Shown: positions 46,974 to 57,213, numbered from the stretch's first letter. The stretch: 64,000 bases of DNA from Sedimentisphaeraceae bacterium JB056 (GCA_044440125.1 JBITAJ010000027.1:64001-128000), one strand, 5' to 3'. The notes: a model not told the origin generated them from the sequence alone. Numbers and translations: made by a program.

Positions 46974-49900
46974 ATGAAAAAATATTTAGTTTTGATCCTG
47001 ACATTGTTCTTTTCAAGCATGCTTGTGTATGCAGATGGACCATGTTATTACAAAATTACGGTTGATGGTGAATGTGAATGTAACTCTCCGATAGTCGATG
47101 GCTGTCCTGAGGGTGTTACCGGCACAGGCATTTATAAAAAATATACCAGCTCAGAGGTTCTGTATCCTATAGTTTCAGATCTTGAGGAGTCGTGGGTATT
47201 TTTGCAGGTCGGGACAATGTTCTCAATCAATACTTGCGAAGAGCTTATTTTCTGCGAAGGTATAATACAAAATCAAGGTTCATACGCAGACCCTAATTTT
47301 CTTGATTGCGAATCAGGTGCAGGCAGCTTTGTTTTTGATGTTTTTGGTTATGATGCAGATCTTGACCAAAATATTCCCAAGTTCACAGTAAGTATAAGCA
47401 GACTATGCAGTTGTGAAGAGTATATCAATGCATTACCTGGTATGGGGGCTTCTCCGGAAGATCCAGATTTACCTTGTAATTGCGATTGCGATACTGATCC
47501 TGCATGCGGTACCGAAGATGAAATTTATGATAATCAAGGAGAGCTTAAACCTGATCAGAATGATCCCGGTAAGCCGCTTCCGCCTATAAATGACCCGGTT
47601 ATGCCGAACAGCGGAGCTTTAGTCGCTCCTGTAACTGATTTTGTTGTTCCCGGAAGGATGATGGATATTGTCTTTACGAGAACTTATCGAGGTGATATGG
47701 ATGATCCCGGCTTCAAACATACTTTTTACAGTCCGGGCAAGGGTCAGAAGATTCTTCTGTCTTCAAATCAGGGCTTGATAGACAGGCCTGAGGAGTTTGA
47801 TTTTCCTGTAACAGTAAGTTCTTTTGCAAGTTCAGATTCAGGACGCATTGAGCAATCTCCTCTTGAATTCTACAGCTATATTTTCATGGAAATACGTGAA
47901 TCAGAATGGGATCTTGAATACGATTGTTTCAATGTTGACCTTGGAGATCCTAATGATCCTAACAATGTTGGTGTTATAAGCTTTGAGGATTACAACGGCG
48001 GCAGTGCTACCGTTACAACACATTATTGTGTATATGGTACCAATGACCCTAATGGCGGTGATCCGCTGATATATTTCAACCAGCATCCTGAAGGAAGCCT
48101 TACCTCTATATCTACTCGAACTTTTGATTATGAGTTCAGCAGGTATGCAGGGCGTCTTGGAAGAAAATGGGATCATAGCTACAATATATCACTTGAATCT
48201 ATATTTGATCCAAATGATCAAGCACCGGAAAAGTATGTTCTTCTGGCCGGTAATGCCAAGAGATTGCTTTTTATTCAGGAGCCTGACACAGAATTTGGAG
48301 AAAGCAGTGTATATAGATGCCCGTCAAATACAGATGAGCTTCTTTATAAGACTGAGGCTGGCTTCCAGCTTCACAAAAAGGGCGGGACCATATGGAAATT
48401 TAATACAGATTTGCGTATTACTGCTATAGAAGATTTAAATGGTAATCAGACAACCTTCCAGTATTCCAACGGAAATCTTGAGAGAGTTACGAATGATGCA
48501 GGTAACTACATTACTTTCTATTATGATTCTCTAAACATGATTGATTACATAGTTGACAGTTTTGGAAGGACTTTTGACTATAATCGTGATGTGTATTTTA
48601 ATCTTGCAGAGGTATTGAAGCCTGTCAACAAAGACAAAAGGTCAGCATATACATATGCCGCAGATAACTTACTGCTGACTGCCATAGATGGTGATAACAA
48701 GGTATGGCAGGAGAATATCTACGATTCGGAAGGACGAATTGTTGCCCAGCGTTACGGTGATGGCTACTTTAATAATATCTATCATCTAAACGAAGATGGT
48801 CAGGTAAGCTATGTTGAAATAAATGACAGAAACGGTAACCAACAGCAAGTTCATCTTACCTCTACCGGTTTGATACGCAAAGAGCTTAAGATGGTTGATT
48901 CCCAGTGGGCTGAAACACTTTACTACTATGACTTTGACGTGAACGGCACAGATGAGGCTGAAAGTGATTGTCTTATACAAAAAATAATCAGGCCTGAAGG
49001 CGACATATACGAATATGAATATGATCAGTGGGGCAATACAACTGCTATAATTCATAAGATGGATGAGGCAGATCCAGGATTAAGAACAGAATATACTTAT
49101 TCAAACAGCATTTGGGGATACCCTGAAAGTGTTACGGATCCTGCCGGTTATACTATAGATTACATCTATGATTATATGGAGCCGGAAAATTATGTGGATC
49201 CATCTGGTCGTCTTGTAGGAGTCAGATTGCCTGAGAGTTATGTTTCCGACGTAAATGATATAGACCAGTTAGAGCTTTTAAGTGCTGAATACAGGTTTGC
49301 TTATAACGAATATGGTCAGGTGACAAGATTGACATTGCCTACCGGTGTTTGTGTTGATTTTGAGTATTATGATGGAAGCGGAAAATATTGGCTCAAGAAG
49401 ATCATTTATGATCACGGCAACAGCTCCGGCAACTTGAATATAACACAGCTTTATGATTATGACACATTCGGCAATACTACTATGTTCACTGATGCCGATG
49501 GCTATACGACATCGTACACTTACGATATTATGTCAAGGCTTACTGAGATAATAGATGCTGTCAATTATAAAACGGTCCTTACTTATAACAGGGCAGGTAT
49601 GGTGGAGACCGCTGGCTCGCAGTTAGGTTCATTCTACAACCAAAATACTGCGTTGGCTTCTGAATTCACATATAACACTGTTGATAAGTTGACAAAGATA
49701 ACAGACTGTCTTGGAAGAGTAACGGCATTAGGGTACGATGGGAATGATAACCTTGCTACCTTGACCGATCCTCAAGGATATGTTGATGGTTACTCTGTCA
49801 ATTATGGCTACAACAGTCTTGATCTTCTTGAAGAAATAACCAAACCTGAAGATTATAATACTGCTGAAGGAAATGATAATGTTACGACATTCACCTACTA

Positions 49901-52550
49901 TAAGGATGGGTTGCTGAAATCCGCAATCGATGCCGATGGGAATGTGACATATTATGAATATGATGGTTATAGACGTCTTTCTGAAATCTCTTACCCTGAT
50001 GGTAGTTTTGTAGACTATGTCTATGATAAATGCGGCAGAGTTGTCAGAGAAACGAAACGTGACGGTTCGGTTGCCTGCTACGGCTATAATGCTCTTGGCA
50101 ATCTTATCGGTAAAGGGCTTCAAAGCGAAGGTTCAGTTCTGACTATGAATTCTGTCTTGACTGATTTCCTTTGTACAGGTGAGTGGATACCGCAGGAAGA
50201 TCCCAATTGCAGCAGTTTGAGATATACCTACTCTGTAAATGATCCTAATGCTACTTACAGTATGTATGGATTTGGGCTCAACGAGGGACGTATTGGGGTT
50301 GAGCTTAGATGGATTTCATTTGGCACAGCAAGCAGTTCTCAGGTTGAGGTGGAAATCTATGATGAGATAGGCGGTTTAGTTGACACTGTCTTCGTGGACC
50401 AGCAGTTTAACGGTGATCAATGGGTTTATCTTGGAATGTACGATTTCCTCGACCAGCCAAAGATAAAGATCAAGACTAACGGTGATCCTCGTATTGTTAC
50501 TATTGATGCAGTAAGATTTGTTCCTGCTAAAGTATTTGAATACGATGCAATGGGCAGGGTTACCAAGGCTCATGGATGTAAATTTGAATATGATCATGTT
50601 GGGCGTCTGCTTAAGAGTACCGATGGATTTGGTCGTGAAGTCGGCTATGAATATACACCAGCGGGAAGACGGAGCAAACTAATCTGGCCGGATGGTTATT
50701 ATGTTACTTATGGTTATGATGCAGCCGGTCGTCCGAGTTCAATAGTTGACAGTGACGGACGTACTCTCTGGACTTGCCTATACGATGCTACCGGGAGAAG
50801 AGAACAAACTACCGGTCTTTATGGCTTGACTTCTGTCTATGACTATGAAGATGAAGGTAACGGTGATGACGATAGAGGTCTTTACCTTAAGACTCTGTGG
50901 AATATTTTACCTGATGGAACTTCTTTGAAGTTTGATTATACTTATGATTTTGCAGGCAATAAGCTCACAGAAAGTGTTAACTCTTCTAACGTTGCCAGTT
51001 ATTTATACGATAAGAACTATGCCTTGACACAAGTAGATTATAACGGCGGGTTCGATCTTATATTTGATTATGATAATTTGTTCAACAGGATACTGATGAC
51101 AGAAGATGATTCTGTTAATTCATATACAACAAATTACACAGTAAATGTTGAAGGAACCAATGGTTATCAAACAATTGGGTCTGACAATGTGACATATGAT
51201 TCTAATGGTAACTTTGCTTCTTGCGGCACTGCGAACTACATATATGACAGCCAAAACAATCTTGTTGCATATTACCAGATGGATGGCGATCCTAATCTTA
51301 CCGCCGTATCACTTTACGGTTACGATGTGTTTGGCAGGCGTACTAACAGAGCTGTGTCACAAGGTATCGGAAGCATAAGCGGAAGTGTTGACGAAAGCTA
51401 TCTGTATGATGGTGAGCAGGCTATAGGTGAGTATACATCTGATGGTGAGCATATAAAACGCAGATTTGTTTACGGCCCAGGAATTGATGAGCCGATATGT
51501 CTTGTTGTTGAACCGGATCATAAGGGTTATTACGGATTTAAAGAGTTTTCTGATATAAATGAGTGCTGGAATACTCAAACAGGTGATTCCGGTTACAATC
51601 CTGCATATGATTACTCTCAGGACGGAAGCATTGATTTTGCGGATGTGGTCTCATTCATTGGCGACTACTATCTAACGGATAGGCCTCTTGAAGAAGTGAC
51701 AAAGCGATATGGGTATGTTTATGACGGTTCAGGAAATGTCAAAGCCTTGACATTCAGGAATGATCCGAATCAGACAGGTAATCCTTTGGAAGAAACATTC
51801 TTCTATGAAACATACAATTATGATGTTTTCGGTACTCCGTATATTTATGATGCTAATGGTATCTCCTGTTCGGATTCGCTTGTTAAGAATCCATATATGT
51901 TTACCGGGCGTCGTTATGATACCGAAAGTGGATTGTATTACTATCGAATGAGAATGTATAATCCTGAAATCGGCCGCTTCATGCAAAACGATCCTATAGG
52001 TTATTATGACGGTATGAATCTTTATCAATATTGCGGTAATAATCCCGTTAACTTTACCGATCCATGGGGTCTGAGTAAGATTGGTGATGCGGCAGCAGGC
52101 TGGGCAAGAGGTCAGGAAGGCAACAGCAAGTATGGCCGTCAGGCGCCAGAGTATATGTATAGCCAATTTATCAGGGATGCATATATGAATGCCGGAGCAC
52201 CTTTCCCTAAGAGATGGTGGAACAGAAATGGTTCGCGTTTCTGGCCGCTTTATCCATCAATGTCGCCTCCGACACCAAATGAAATGGCTGATCCTGATTA
52301 TCGTATGCCTAATTATCCGCCTGTTAACGGCAACGGCAAGAAGATAACGAGAGATGATCTTCAACCTGGTGATATAATTTCGTTTCCAGGTGAGTGCAAG
52401 GGTTATGGTGGAATATACCTTGGTAATGGCCAGATGATAAAGGCTTCGATCTTAGCGCCGGGTGCAAATCTTACAACGATACACCCGAGGGAGTGGAATC
52501 AGATATTGAGCGGAAAAGCGAGAGTCAGGCGTTACAGCCCGACACCTTAA
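46974..52550 (+). CDS. RHS/YD-repeat protein with Sec signal peptide and NlpC/P60-like C-terminal domain (start moved to ATG 46974)
   Basis: MKKYLVLILTLFF signal; Cys-rich N-terminus; DPV..FTRTY..LGRKWDHSY (DUF6531-like); YD repeats; core PYMFTGRRYD.ESGLYYYRMRMY...DPIG...DPWGL. Confidence 0.9.
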   Translation: MKKYLVLILTLFFSSMLVYADGPCYYKITVDGECECNSPIVDGCPEGVTGTGIYKKYTSSEVLYPIVSDLEESWVFLQVGTMFSINTCEELIFCEGIIQNQGSYADPNFLDCESGAGSFVFDVFGYDADLDQNIPKFTVSISRLCSCEEYINALPGMGASPEDPDLPCNCDCDTDPACGTEDEIYDNQGELKPDQNDPGKPLPPINDPVMPNSGALVAPVTDFVVPGRMMDIVFTRTYRGDMDDPGFKHTFYSPGKGQKILLSSNQGLIDRPEEFDFPVTVSSFASSDSGRIEQSPLEFYSYIFMEIRESEWDLEYDCFNVDLGDPNDPNNVGVISFEDYNGGSATVTTHYCVYGTNDPNGGDPLIYFNQHPEGSLTSISTRTFDYEFSRYAGRLGRKWDHSYNISLESIFDPNDQAPEKYVLLAGNAKRLLFIQEPDTEFGESSVYRCPSNTDELLYKTEAGFQLHKKGGTIWKFNTDLRITAIEDLNGNQTTFQYSNGNLERVTNDAGNYITFYYDSLNMIDYIVDSFGRTFDYNRDVYFNLAEVLKPVNKDKRSAYTYAADNLLLTAIDGDNKVWQENIYDSEGRIVAQRYGDGYFNNIYHLNEDGQVSYVEINDRNGNQQQVHLTSTGLIRKELKMVDSQWAETLYYYDFDVNGTDEAESDCLIQKIIRPEGDIYEYEYDQWGNTTAIIHKMDEADPGLRTEYTYSNSIWGYPESVTDPAGYTIDYIYDYMEPENYVDPSGRLVGVRLPESYVSDVNDIDQLELLSAEYRFAYNEYGQVTRLTLPTGVCVDFEYYDGSGKYWLKKIIYDHGNSSGNLNITQLYDYDTFGNTTMFTDADGYTTSYTYDIMSRLTEIIDAVNYKTVLTYNRAGMVETAGSQLGSFYNQNTALASEFTYNTVDKLTKITDCLGRVTALGYDGNDNLATLTDPQGYVDGYSVNYGYNSLDLLEEITKPEDYNTAEGNDNVTTFTYYKDGLLKSAIDADGNVTYYEYDGYRRLSEISYPDGSFVDYVYDKCGRVVRETKRDGSVACYGYNALGNLIGKGLQSEGSVLTMNSVLTDFLCTGEWIPQEDPNCSSLRYTYSVNDPNATYSMYGFGLNEGRIGVELRWISFGTASSSQVEVEIYDEIGGLVDTVFVDQQFNGDQWVYLGMYDFLDQPKIKIKTNGDPRIVTIDAVRFVPAKVFEYDAMGRVTKAHGCKFEYDHVGRLLKSTDGFGREVGYEYTPAGRRSKLIWPDGYYVTYGYDAAGRPSSIVDSDGRTLWTCLYDATGRREQTTGLYGLTSVYDYEDEGNGDDDRGLYLKTLWNILPDGTSLKFDYTYDFAGNKLTESVNSSNVASYLYDKNYALTQVDYNGGFDLIFDYDNLFNRILMTEDDSVNSYTTNYTVNVEGTNGYQTIGSDNVTYDSNGNFASCGTANYIYDSQNNLVAYYQMDGDPNLTAVSLYGYDVFGRRTNRAVSQGIGSISGSVDESYLYDGEQAIGEYTSDGEHIKRRFVYGPGIDEPICLVVEPDHKGYYGFKEFSDINECWNTQTGDSGYNPAYDYSQDGSIDFADVVSFIGDYYLTDRPLEEVTKRYGYVYDGSGNVKALTFRNDPNQTGNPLEETFFYETYNYDVFGTPYIYDANGISCSDSLVKNPYMFTGRRYDTESGLYYYRMRMYNPEIGRFMQNDPIGYYDGMNLYQYCGNNPVNFTDPWGLSKIGDAAAGWARGQEGNSKYGRQAPEYMYSQFIRDAYMNAGAPFPKRWWNRNGSRFWPLYPSMSPPTPNEMADPDYRMPNYPPVNGNGKKITRDDLQPGDIISFPGECKGYGGIYLGNGQMIKASILAPGANLTTIHPREWNQILSGKARVRRYSPTP

Positions 52551-52596
52551 ACAAACTTTTGTATTACAGGATGTTAAATCGTTAAGGAAAACGAAG

Positions 52597-53064
52597 ATGA
52601 ATACTAAGAAAAAGACAATATTTTTGACAACTTTGATTGTTGTTGGGGGGGCTTTCTTTTTATTGTCTTCAACTTTGGCTGATTTTAATACGATCGAGCT
52701 TGATAGAGTCAATATAAAGGTTTATGTTGATGATATTTCTGTATCTGATGTCTATAAGATACCGCAAAGCGATTACTATTTCTTTATAGTATGGGCAGGT
52801 AAGCGACAAGAAGGGTACTATATTGATTTTGACAAGGAGATAATCTCCCTTGCAAGTGATCCTAAAGCCAAGAATATTGGTCGTGATAAGATAAAGGTAA
52901 GGGATGTTATCGGTTCAGGTTACAACACTGAATCATATCTTGTATCTTCTTTCACTGTTGAAGATAACGAAACTATAGTAAGTGTGGAAGATATGAGTGT
53001 TTCCTACAATTTTGATACCAGGCCGCTTATCTTCGGTAAGACACTGGAGTTTATATTCAACTAA
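52597..53064 (+). CDS. Small exported/membrane-anchored protein, candidate RHS immunity protein
   Basis: Directly follows the RHS gene; basic plus hydrophobic N-terminus; role inferred from position only. Confidence 0.55.
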   Translation: MNTKKKTIFLTTLIVVGGAFFLLSSTLADFNTIELDRVNIKVYVDDISVSDVYKIPQSDYYFFIVWAGKRQEGYYIDFDKEIISLASDPKAKNIGRDKIKVRDVIGSGYNTESYLVSSFTVEDNETIVSVEDMSVSYNFDTRPLIFGKTLEFIFN

Positions 53065-53178
53065 TAAATGTTGACTATAACACTCTATCTGATAAAATAT
53101 AACATATACTTAGTTTAGAACAGCCTTGTGCTGTGAGCGGTTATTATAATAATATTAATGTCATATGGGGCTAATTCA

Positions 53179-53433
53179 ATGATAAATTTACTGGGAATGT
53201 GGACGCCGGGGCCTATGGAGATGGTCGTTATATTGATTATAGCGGTTCTTCTGTTTGGCAAGCGATTGCCTGAGATAGCCAGAGGTATGGGTAAAAGTGT
53301 GACTGAGTTCAAAAAAGGGCTCAAGGATACTACTAAAGAGCTTCACAAAGATGATCTTGATATAGATTCTGATGTCAACTCTGATGTTGATGAAGATATT
53401 GAGCAAGATGAAGATAAAGACAAAAAAGAATAA
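53179..53433 (+). CDS. tatA: Twin-arginine translocase TatA/TatE
   Basis: GPMEMVVILIIAVLLFGKRLPEIARGMGKSVTEFKKG; acidic tail. Confidence 0.92.
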   Translation: MINLLGMWTPGPMEMVVILIIAVLLFGKRLPEIARGMGKSVTEFKKGLKDTTKELHKDDLDIDSDVNSDVDEDIEQDEDKDKKE

Positions 53434-53479
53434 ATAATAACCTGCTCGACTGAAAAATCAGGGTAGATTAAGAATATTT

Positions 53480-53520
53480 AAGGGTGAAGAGCTGTTTTAT
53501 ACGGCTTTTCACCCTTTTTT
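53480..53520 (+). terminator. Intrinsic terminator after tatA
   Basis: aagggtgaagagctg / cggcttttcaccctt plus T tract. Confidence 0.8.
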
Positions 53521-53747
53521 CGTTTTAATATAAGATTGCTTAAAGAACGATATGTACGACTTAAATTAATTTTGTCTCGATATTTAACTTGACAAAATCT
53601 GGAAATCTGCTAACTTTTCCCAATCCATCTTTTGTACGAAGAATTAATTTCATTCAATTTCTAAAAGGTTTGTGTATTTTGTCGGTAGAGGTACGTTCCC
53701 ATTTCGAGATGGGCTACGGGTTCATCTTCAAAATATAAAATAGAAAT

Positions 53748-54668
53748 ATGTTAGATATTACTAATTACATAAAAGAAGATCTGATAATACCAGATCTTGG
53801 CGATCTTGAGAAGAATCAGGCTCTAAGGGCGATGGTTCATCATCTCATTGAGAATCGACCAGAGTGCATAAGCGACTCGCTTACAGAGGAAGAACTTTTG
53901 CGGTCAATAATGGATCGTGAGAATGCTCAGTGTACAGGATTGGGCAACAATGTGGGTTTTCCTCATGCCAGAATACCTGAATGCGATGATTTCTGTTGTG
54001 TTATAGGATACAGTAAGCAGGGCATAAATTATGGCAGTGTTGACGGTAAGCCGTGCCATCTGATTTGTCTCATGATAAGCTGTATTGACAAACCATACAT
54101 AATACTTCAGGTTATGGCTGATCTGGCGAGAATAATATATGAGAAAGAGATAGACCTTACTAATGGCACTTTTTCGAAATCAGAGCTTCGCGACCTTATA
54201 ATAAAGAACATACAGGTGAAGAAAGGTCTCATACTTGCAAAGGATGTGATGCGTCAAGTAGATACCTATGTAAAACTTAATGATTCAGTTCAGCATGCTG
54301 CAAGGACTATGCACCTTAGCCACAAGGATATTTTACCTGTGCTTGATGATGACGACAATCTTATGGGTGAAATATCCTGTCTTGACATTTTCAGGTATGG
54401 AATACCTGATTTCTTCAATCAACTCCAGACAGTATCGTTTGTCAATCATATAGATCCTTTTGAAAAATACTTCAAGTACCAGAAAAACCTGCTTGTAAAG
54501 GATGTTTATAAAGACAAGGTGCCTGTTATAAATCAGCAGCAGACTTTGATGGAAATAATTTTCCAGATGACAGTTAAAAATCACTCGCTGATCTTCGTTA
54601 CAGATGACAAAAAGCTCGTAGGGCTGATAGACAGGTTCTCAATAATTGACAAAGTACTTTTCTTTTAG
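53748..54668 (+). CDS. PTS EIIA (Ntr/fructose-type) domain fused to a CBS pair
   Basis: RENAQCTGLGNNVGFPHAR; AKDVM...LPVLDDDDNLMGEI...LVGLI. Confidence 0.85.
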   Translation: MLDITNYIKEDLIIPDLGDLEKNQALRAMVHHLIENRPECISDSLTEEELLRSIMDRENAQCTGLGNNVGFPHARIPECDDFCCVIGYSKQGINYGSVDGKPCHLICLMISCIDKPYIILQVMADLARIIYEKEIDLTNGTFSKSELRDLIIKNIQVKKGLILAKDVMRQVDTYVKLNDSVQHAARTMHLSHKDILPVLDDDDNLMGEISCLDIFRYGIPDFFNQLQTVSFVNHIDPFEKYFKYQKNLLVKDVYKDKVPVINQQQTLMEIIFQMTVKNHSLIFVTDDKKLVGLIDRFSIIDKVLFF

Positions 54669-54682
54669 AATAAGGTGATGAT

Positions 54683-55996
54683 ATGGATGCTTTTTTAGCA
54701 ATAACCATTTTTACTATAACTTACATAATAATTATAAGCGAGAAAATCAATAAAACAATCGCGGCGGTTATCGGCGCGGCATTAATGCTCGCATTTCGTC
54801 TGGTCAGCTTTGAAGAAGCGATAGAAAGTGTTGATTTCAACGTTATATTTCTTCTTGTAGGAATGATGACATGTGTTTTCATACTTTCAAAGACAGGCTT
54901 CTTCGAGTGGTCTGCTATCAAGATAGCTCAAAAGAGCAAAGGCAATCCTATTGTTATCCTGATAAGTCTTCTTATAGTTACAGCGGTGTTTTCGGCTTTT
55001 CTTGACAATGTGACGACTATAATCCTTCTTGTTCCGGTTACAATACTCATAACACAGCTTCTTGAACTGCCGGTATTACCGTTTGTGATACTTGAGGCTG
55101 TAGCATCCAATATAGGCGGTACATCAACGCTTATTGGCGATCCACCGAATATCATCATTGGCTCGCAGGGCGGACTGTCATTCAATGACTTTATTGTTAA
55201 TCTTGGGCCGGTGATCATTGTTGCCATGATAGCATTCTGTATCACTGTTCTGATGGTATTCAAAAAGAATTTGGTAGTGCCAGAGGATATCAAGAGGCGT
55301 GTGATTGACGCTAAGCCTCATCTTGCCATAACCGATAAGAAAAATATGATTCGCGCATTGATCGTTCTTGGTCTTGTACTTGCCGGTTTCTTCATGCACA
55401 GCATTATACATCTCGAGCCTGGAATCATTGCTCTTGCCGGCGGCATGGTGATGATGCTTGTCTGCAAGGCCGAGAGTGAAGAGGTGCTTATGAAGGTGGA
55501 ATGGGCAGTAATATTCTTCTTCATAGGCCTCTTTATGATGATTGCGGGATTAGAGAAAAATGGCGTAATAGATTACCTTGCTCACAATATGCTCAGTCTT
55601 GCGAATAATAATCTTTTTGCACTATGCATGGTCGTACTTGTAGGCAGTGCTATTCTTTCTGCGATATTAGATAACATACCTTTTGTGATCACGATGGTTC
55701 CTCTGATGAAGCTTTGCTTCGGGCCTATTGCTGATGGAATGGGTATTACCGACCCTGCTATGATACATGCTCAAATAGCTGCGCCGCTCTGGTGGTCGCT
55801 TGCTCTTGGGGCTTGTCTTGGCGGTAACGGTACTTTGATCGGTGCTTCTGCCAATGTAGTAATGTCTCAGATATGCCACAGGAATAACTACAAGGTTGGT
55901 TTTTTCCTGTTCTCAAAATATGGTGCGGCATTTATGTTTCAGTCGGTGCTGATATCGGCGGTATATCTCTGGCTGAGATATTTTGCCTTTAACTAA
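54683..55996 (+). CDS. ArsB/NhaD/SLC13-family ion transporter
   Basis: SAFLDNVTT, ASNIGG.STLIGDPPNI, SAILDNIP, GACLGGNGTLIGASAN. Confidence 0.88.
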   Translation: MDAFLAITIFTITYIIIISEKINKTIAAVIGAALMLAFRLVSFEEAIESVDFNVIFLLVGMMTCVFILSKTGFFEWSAIKIAQKSKGNPIVILISLLIVTAVFSAFLDNVTTIILLVPVTILITQLLELPVLPFVILEAVASNIGGTSTLIGDPPNIIIGSQGGLSFNDFIVNLGPVIIVAMIAFCITVLMVFKKNLVVPEDIKRRVIDAKPHLAITDKKNMIRALIVLGLVLAGFFMHSIIHLEPGIIALAGGMVMMLVCKAESEEVLMKVEWAVIFFFIGLFMMIAGLEKNGVIDYLAHNMLSLANNNLFALCMVVLVGSAILSAILDNIPFVITMVPLMKLCFGPIADGMGITDPAMIHAQIAAPLWWSLALGACLGGNGTLIGASANVVMSQICHRNNYKVGFFLFSKYGAAFMFQSVLISAVYLWLRYFAFN

Positions 55997-56000
55997 AATG

Positions 56001-56038
56001 AAAAAGAGATAAGGTTTTGACGCCTTATCTCTTTTTTT
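56001..56038. terminator. Bidirectional terminator
   Basis: aaaaagagataagg / ccttatctcttttt. Confidence 0.8.
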
Positions 56039-56060
56039 ATCTTATTTTCAGACTGGCTGT

Positions 56061-57107
56061 TCAGTTCTCTATTGAGAATTTGTAAGCCATTTCATGCACG
56101 TACTTCTCGCCCGGTTTCAGTATTATTGATGGGAATTGCGGCTTGTTCACTGAATCTGGAGAATGCTGAGGTTCAAGGCAAAATCCATGATTCTTATTGT
56201 ATACTTTGCCGCCTTTACCGCTGAGGCTGTCAAGGAAGTTTCCTGCATAAAATTGGATAGCCGGTTCTGTTGTCCAGGTTTCCATCACGCGGCCTGTTTT
56301 AGGGCTCTTTGTTTTTGCGGCCAACTTGTACTGACCTCTTTCCTTATCGAGTATGAAGTTGTGGTCGTATCCGCCACTGACTTGATCGGCTCGTGAGCCT
56401 ATCACTTGCGGTGCAGTGAAATCCATTGGAGTGTTGGCCGTAGCGGCTATTTCTCCGGTTGGAATCAGCTTTTCGTTAACAGGTGTGTAGCCTTTTGCAT
56501 CAAGCATCATTTCCTGATCATAAATGTCGCTGTTTCCCTGGCCATTGAGGTTGAAGTAACTATGATGTGTCAGGTTGACAGGTGTGTCTTTGTCTGTCTT
56601 AGCCGTGAATGATATTTTAAGCTCATTATCATCTGTCAGCTCGTAAATAACTTCTACATTGAGATTGCCGGGATAATTTTCTTCTCCATCGGGGCTCAGG
56701 TATGAAAATTTCAGCCCTTCAGATTTGTCTGTAGTAAACGGCTCAGTTTTCCATACGACTTTATCAAATCCCTTCATGCCGCCGTGAAGATGATGAGTGT
56801 CATTCTCGTTTTTTGCCAGTTGGTATTCAATACCGTTAAGAGTGAATTTGCCATCTGCTATTCGGTTGCCTACACGTCCTATAGTAGCACCGAAGTAAGG
56901 GCTTTTTTCAATATATTCTTCGAGAGTATCAAAACCAAGCACTACATCGTCAAAGTTGCCATCTCTATCTGCTGCGGTAAGTGAGACGAGAATAGCACCA
57001 TAGTTGGTTATCTCGGCAGTCATGCCGTTCTTGTTCTTTATCGTATAAAGCAAGATATCTTTGCCGTCAATCTTGCCAAATGGTCTACTTTTTATATCGG
57101 ACATCAT
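56061..57107 (-). CDS. galM: Aldose 1-epimerase (galactose mutarotase)
   Basis: GRVGNRI, HLHGG, NLTHHSYFNL, GYDHNF, CLEPQ. Confidence 0.92.
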   Translation of the reverse strand: MMSDIKSRPFGKIDGKDILLYTIKNKNGMTAEITNYGAILVSLTAADRDGNFDDVVLGFDTLEEYIEKSPYFGATIGRVGNRIADGKFTLNGIEYQLAKNENDTHHLHGGMKGFDKVVWKTEPFTTDKSEGLKFSYLSPDGEENYPGNLNVEVIYELTDDNELKISFTAKTDKDTPVNLTHHSYFNLNGQGNSDIYDQEMMLDAKGYTPVNEKLIPTGEIAATANTPMDFTAPQVIGSRADQVSGGYDHNFILDKERGQYKLAAKTKSPKTGRVMETWTTEPAIQFYAGNFLDSLSGKGGKVYNKNHGFCLEPQHSPDSVNKPQFPSIILKPGEKYVHEMAYKFSIEN

Positions 57108-57164
57108 TTTCTCCTTGAAAATCTAATCAACAAGTCTGTCAATTCAGTTGGGAATCTATATAAG

Positions 57165-57197
57165 AAAACGGCGAGGTTGTCATACTGTCTCGCCGTT
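57165..57197 (-). terminator. Probable terminator after the esterase gene
   Basis: aacggcgag / ctcgccgtt with a short U tract on the minus strand. Confidence 0.55.
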
Positions 57198-57213
57198 ATG
57201 AAAAGATCGAATA

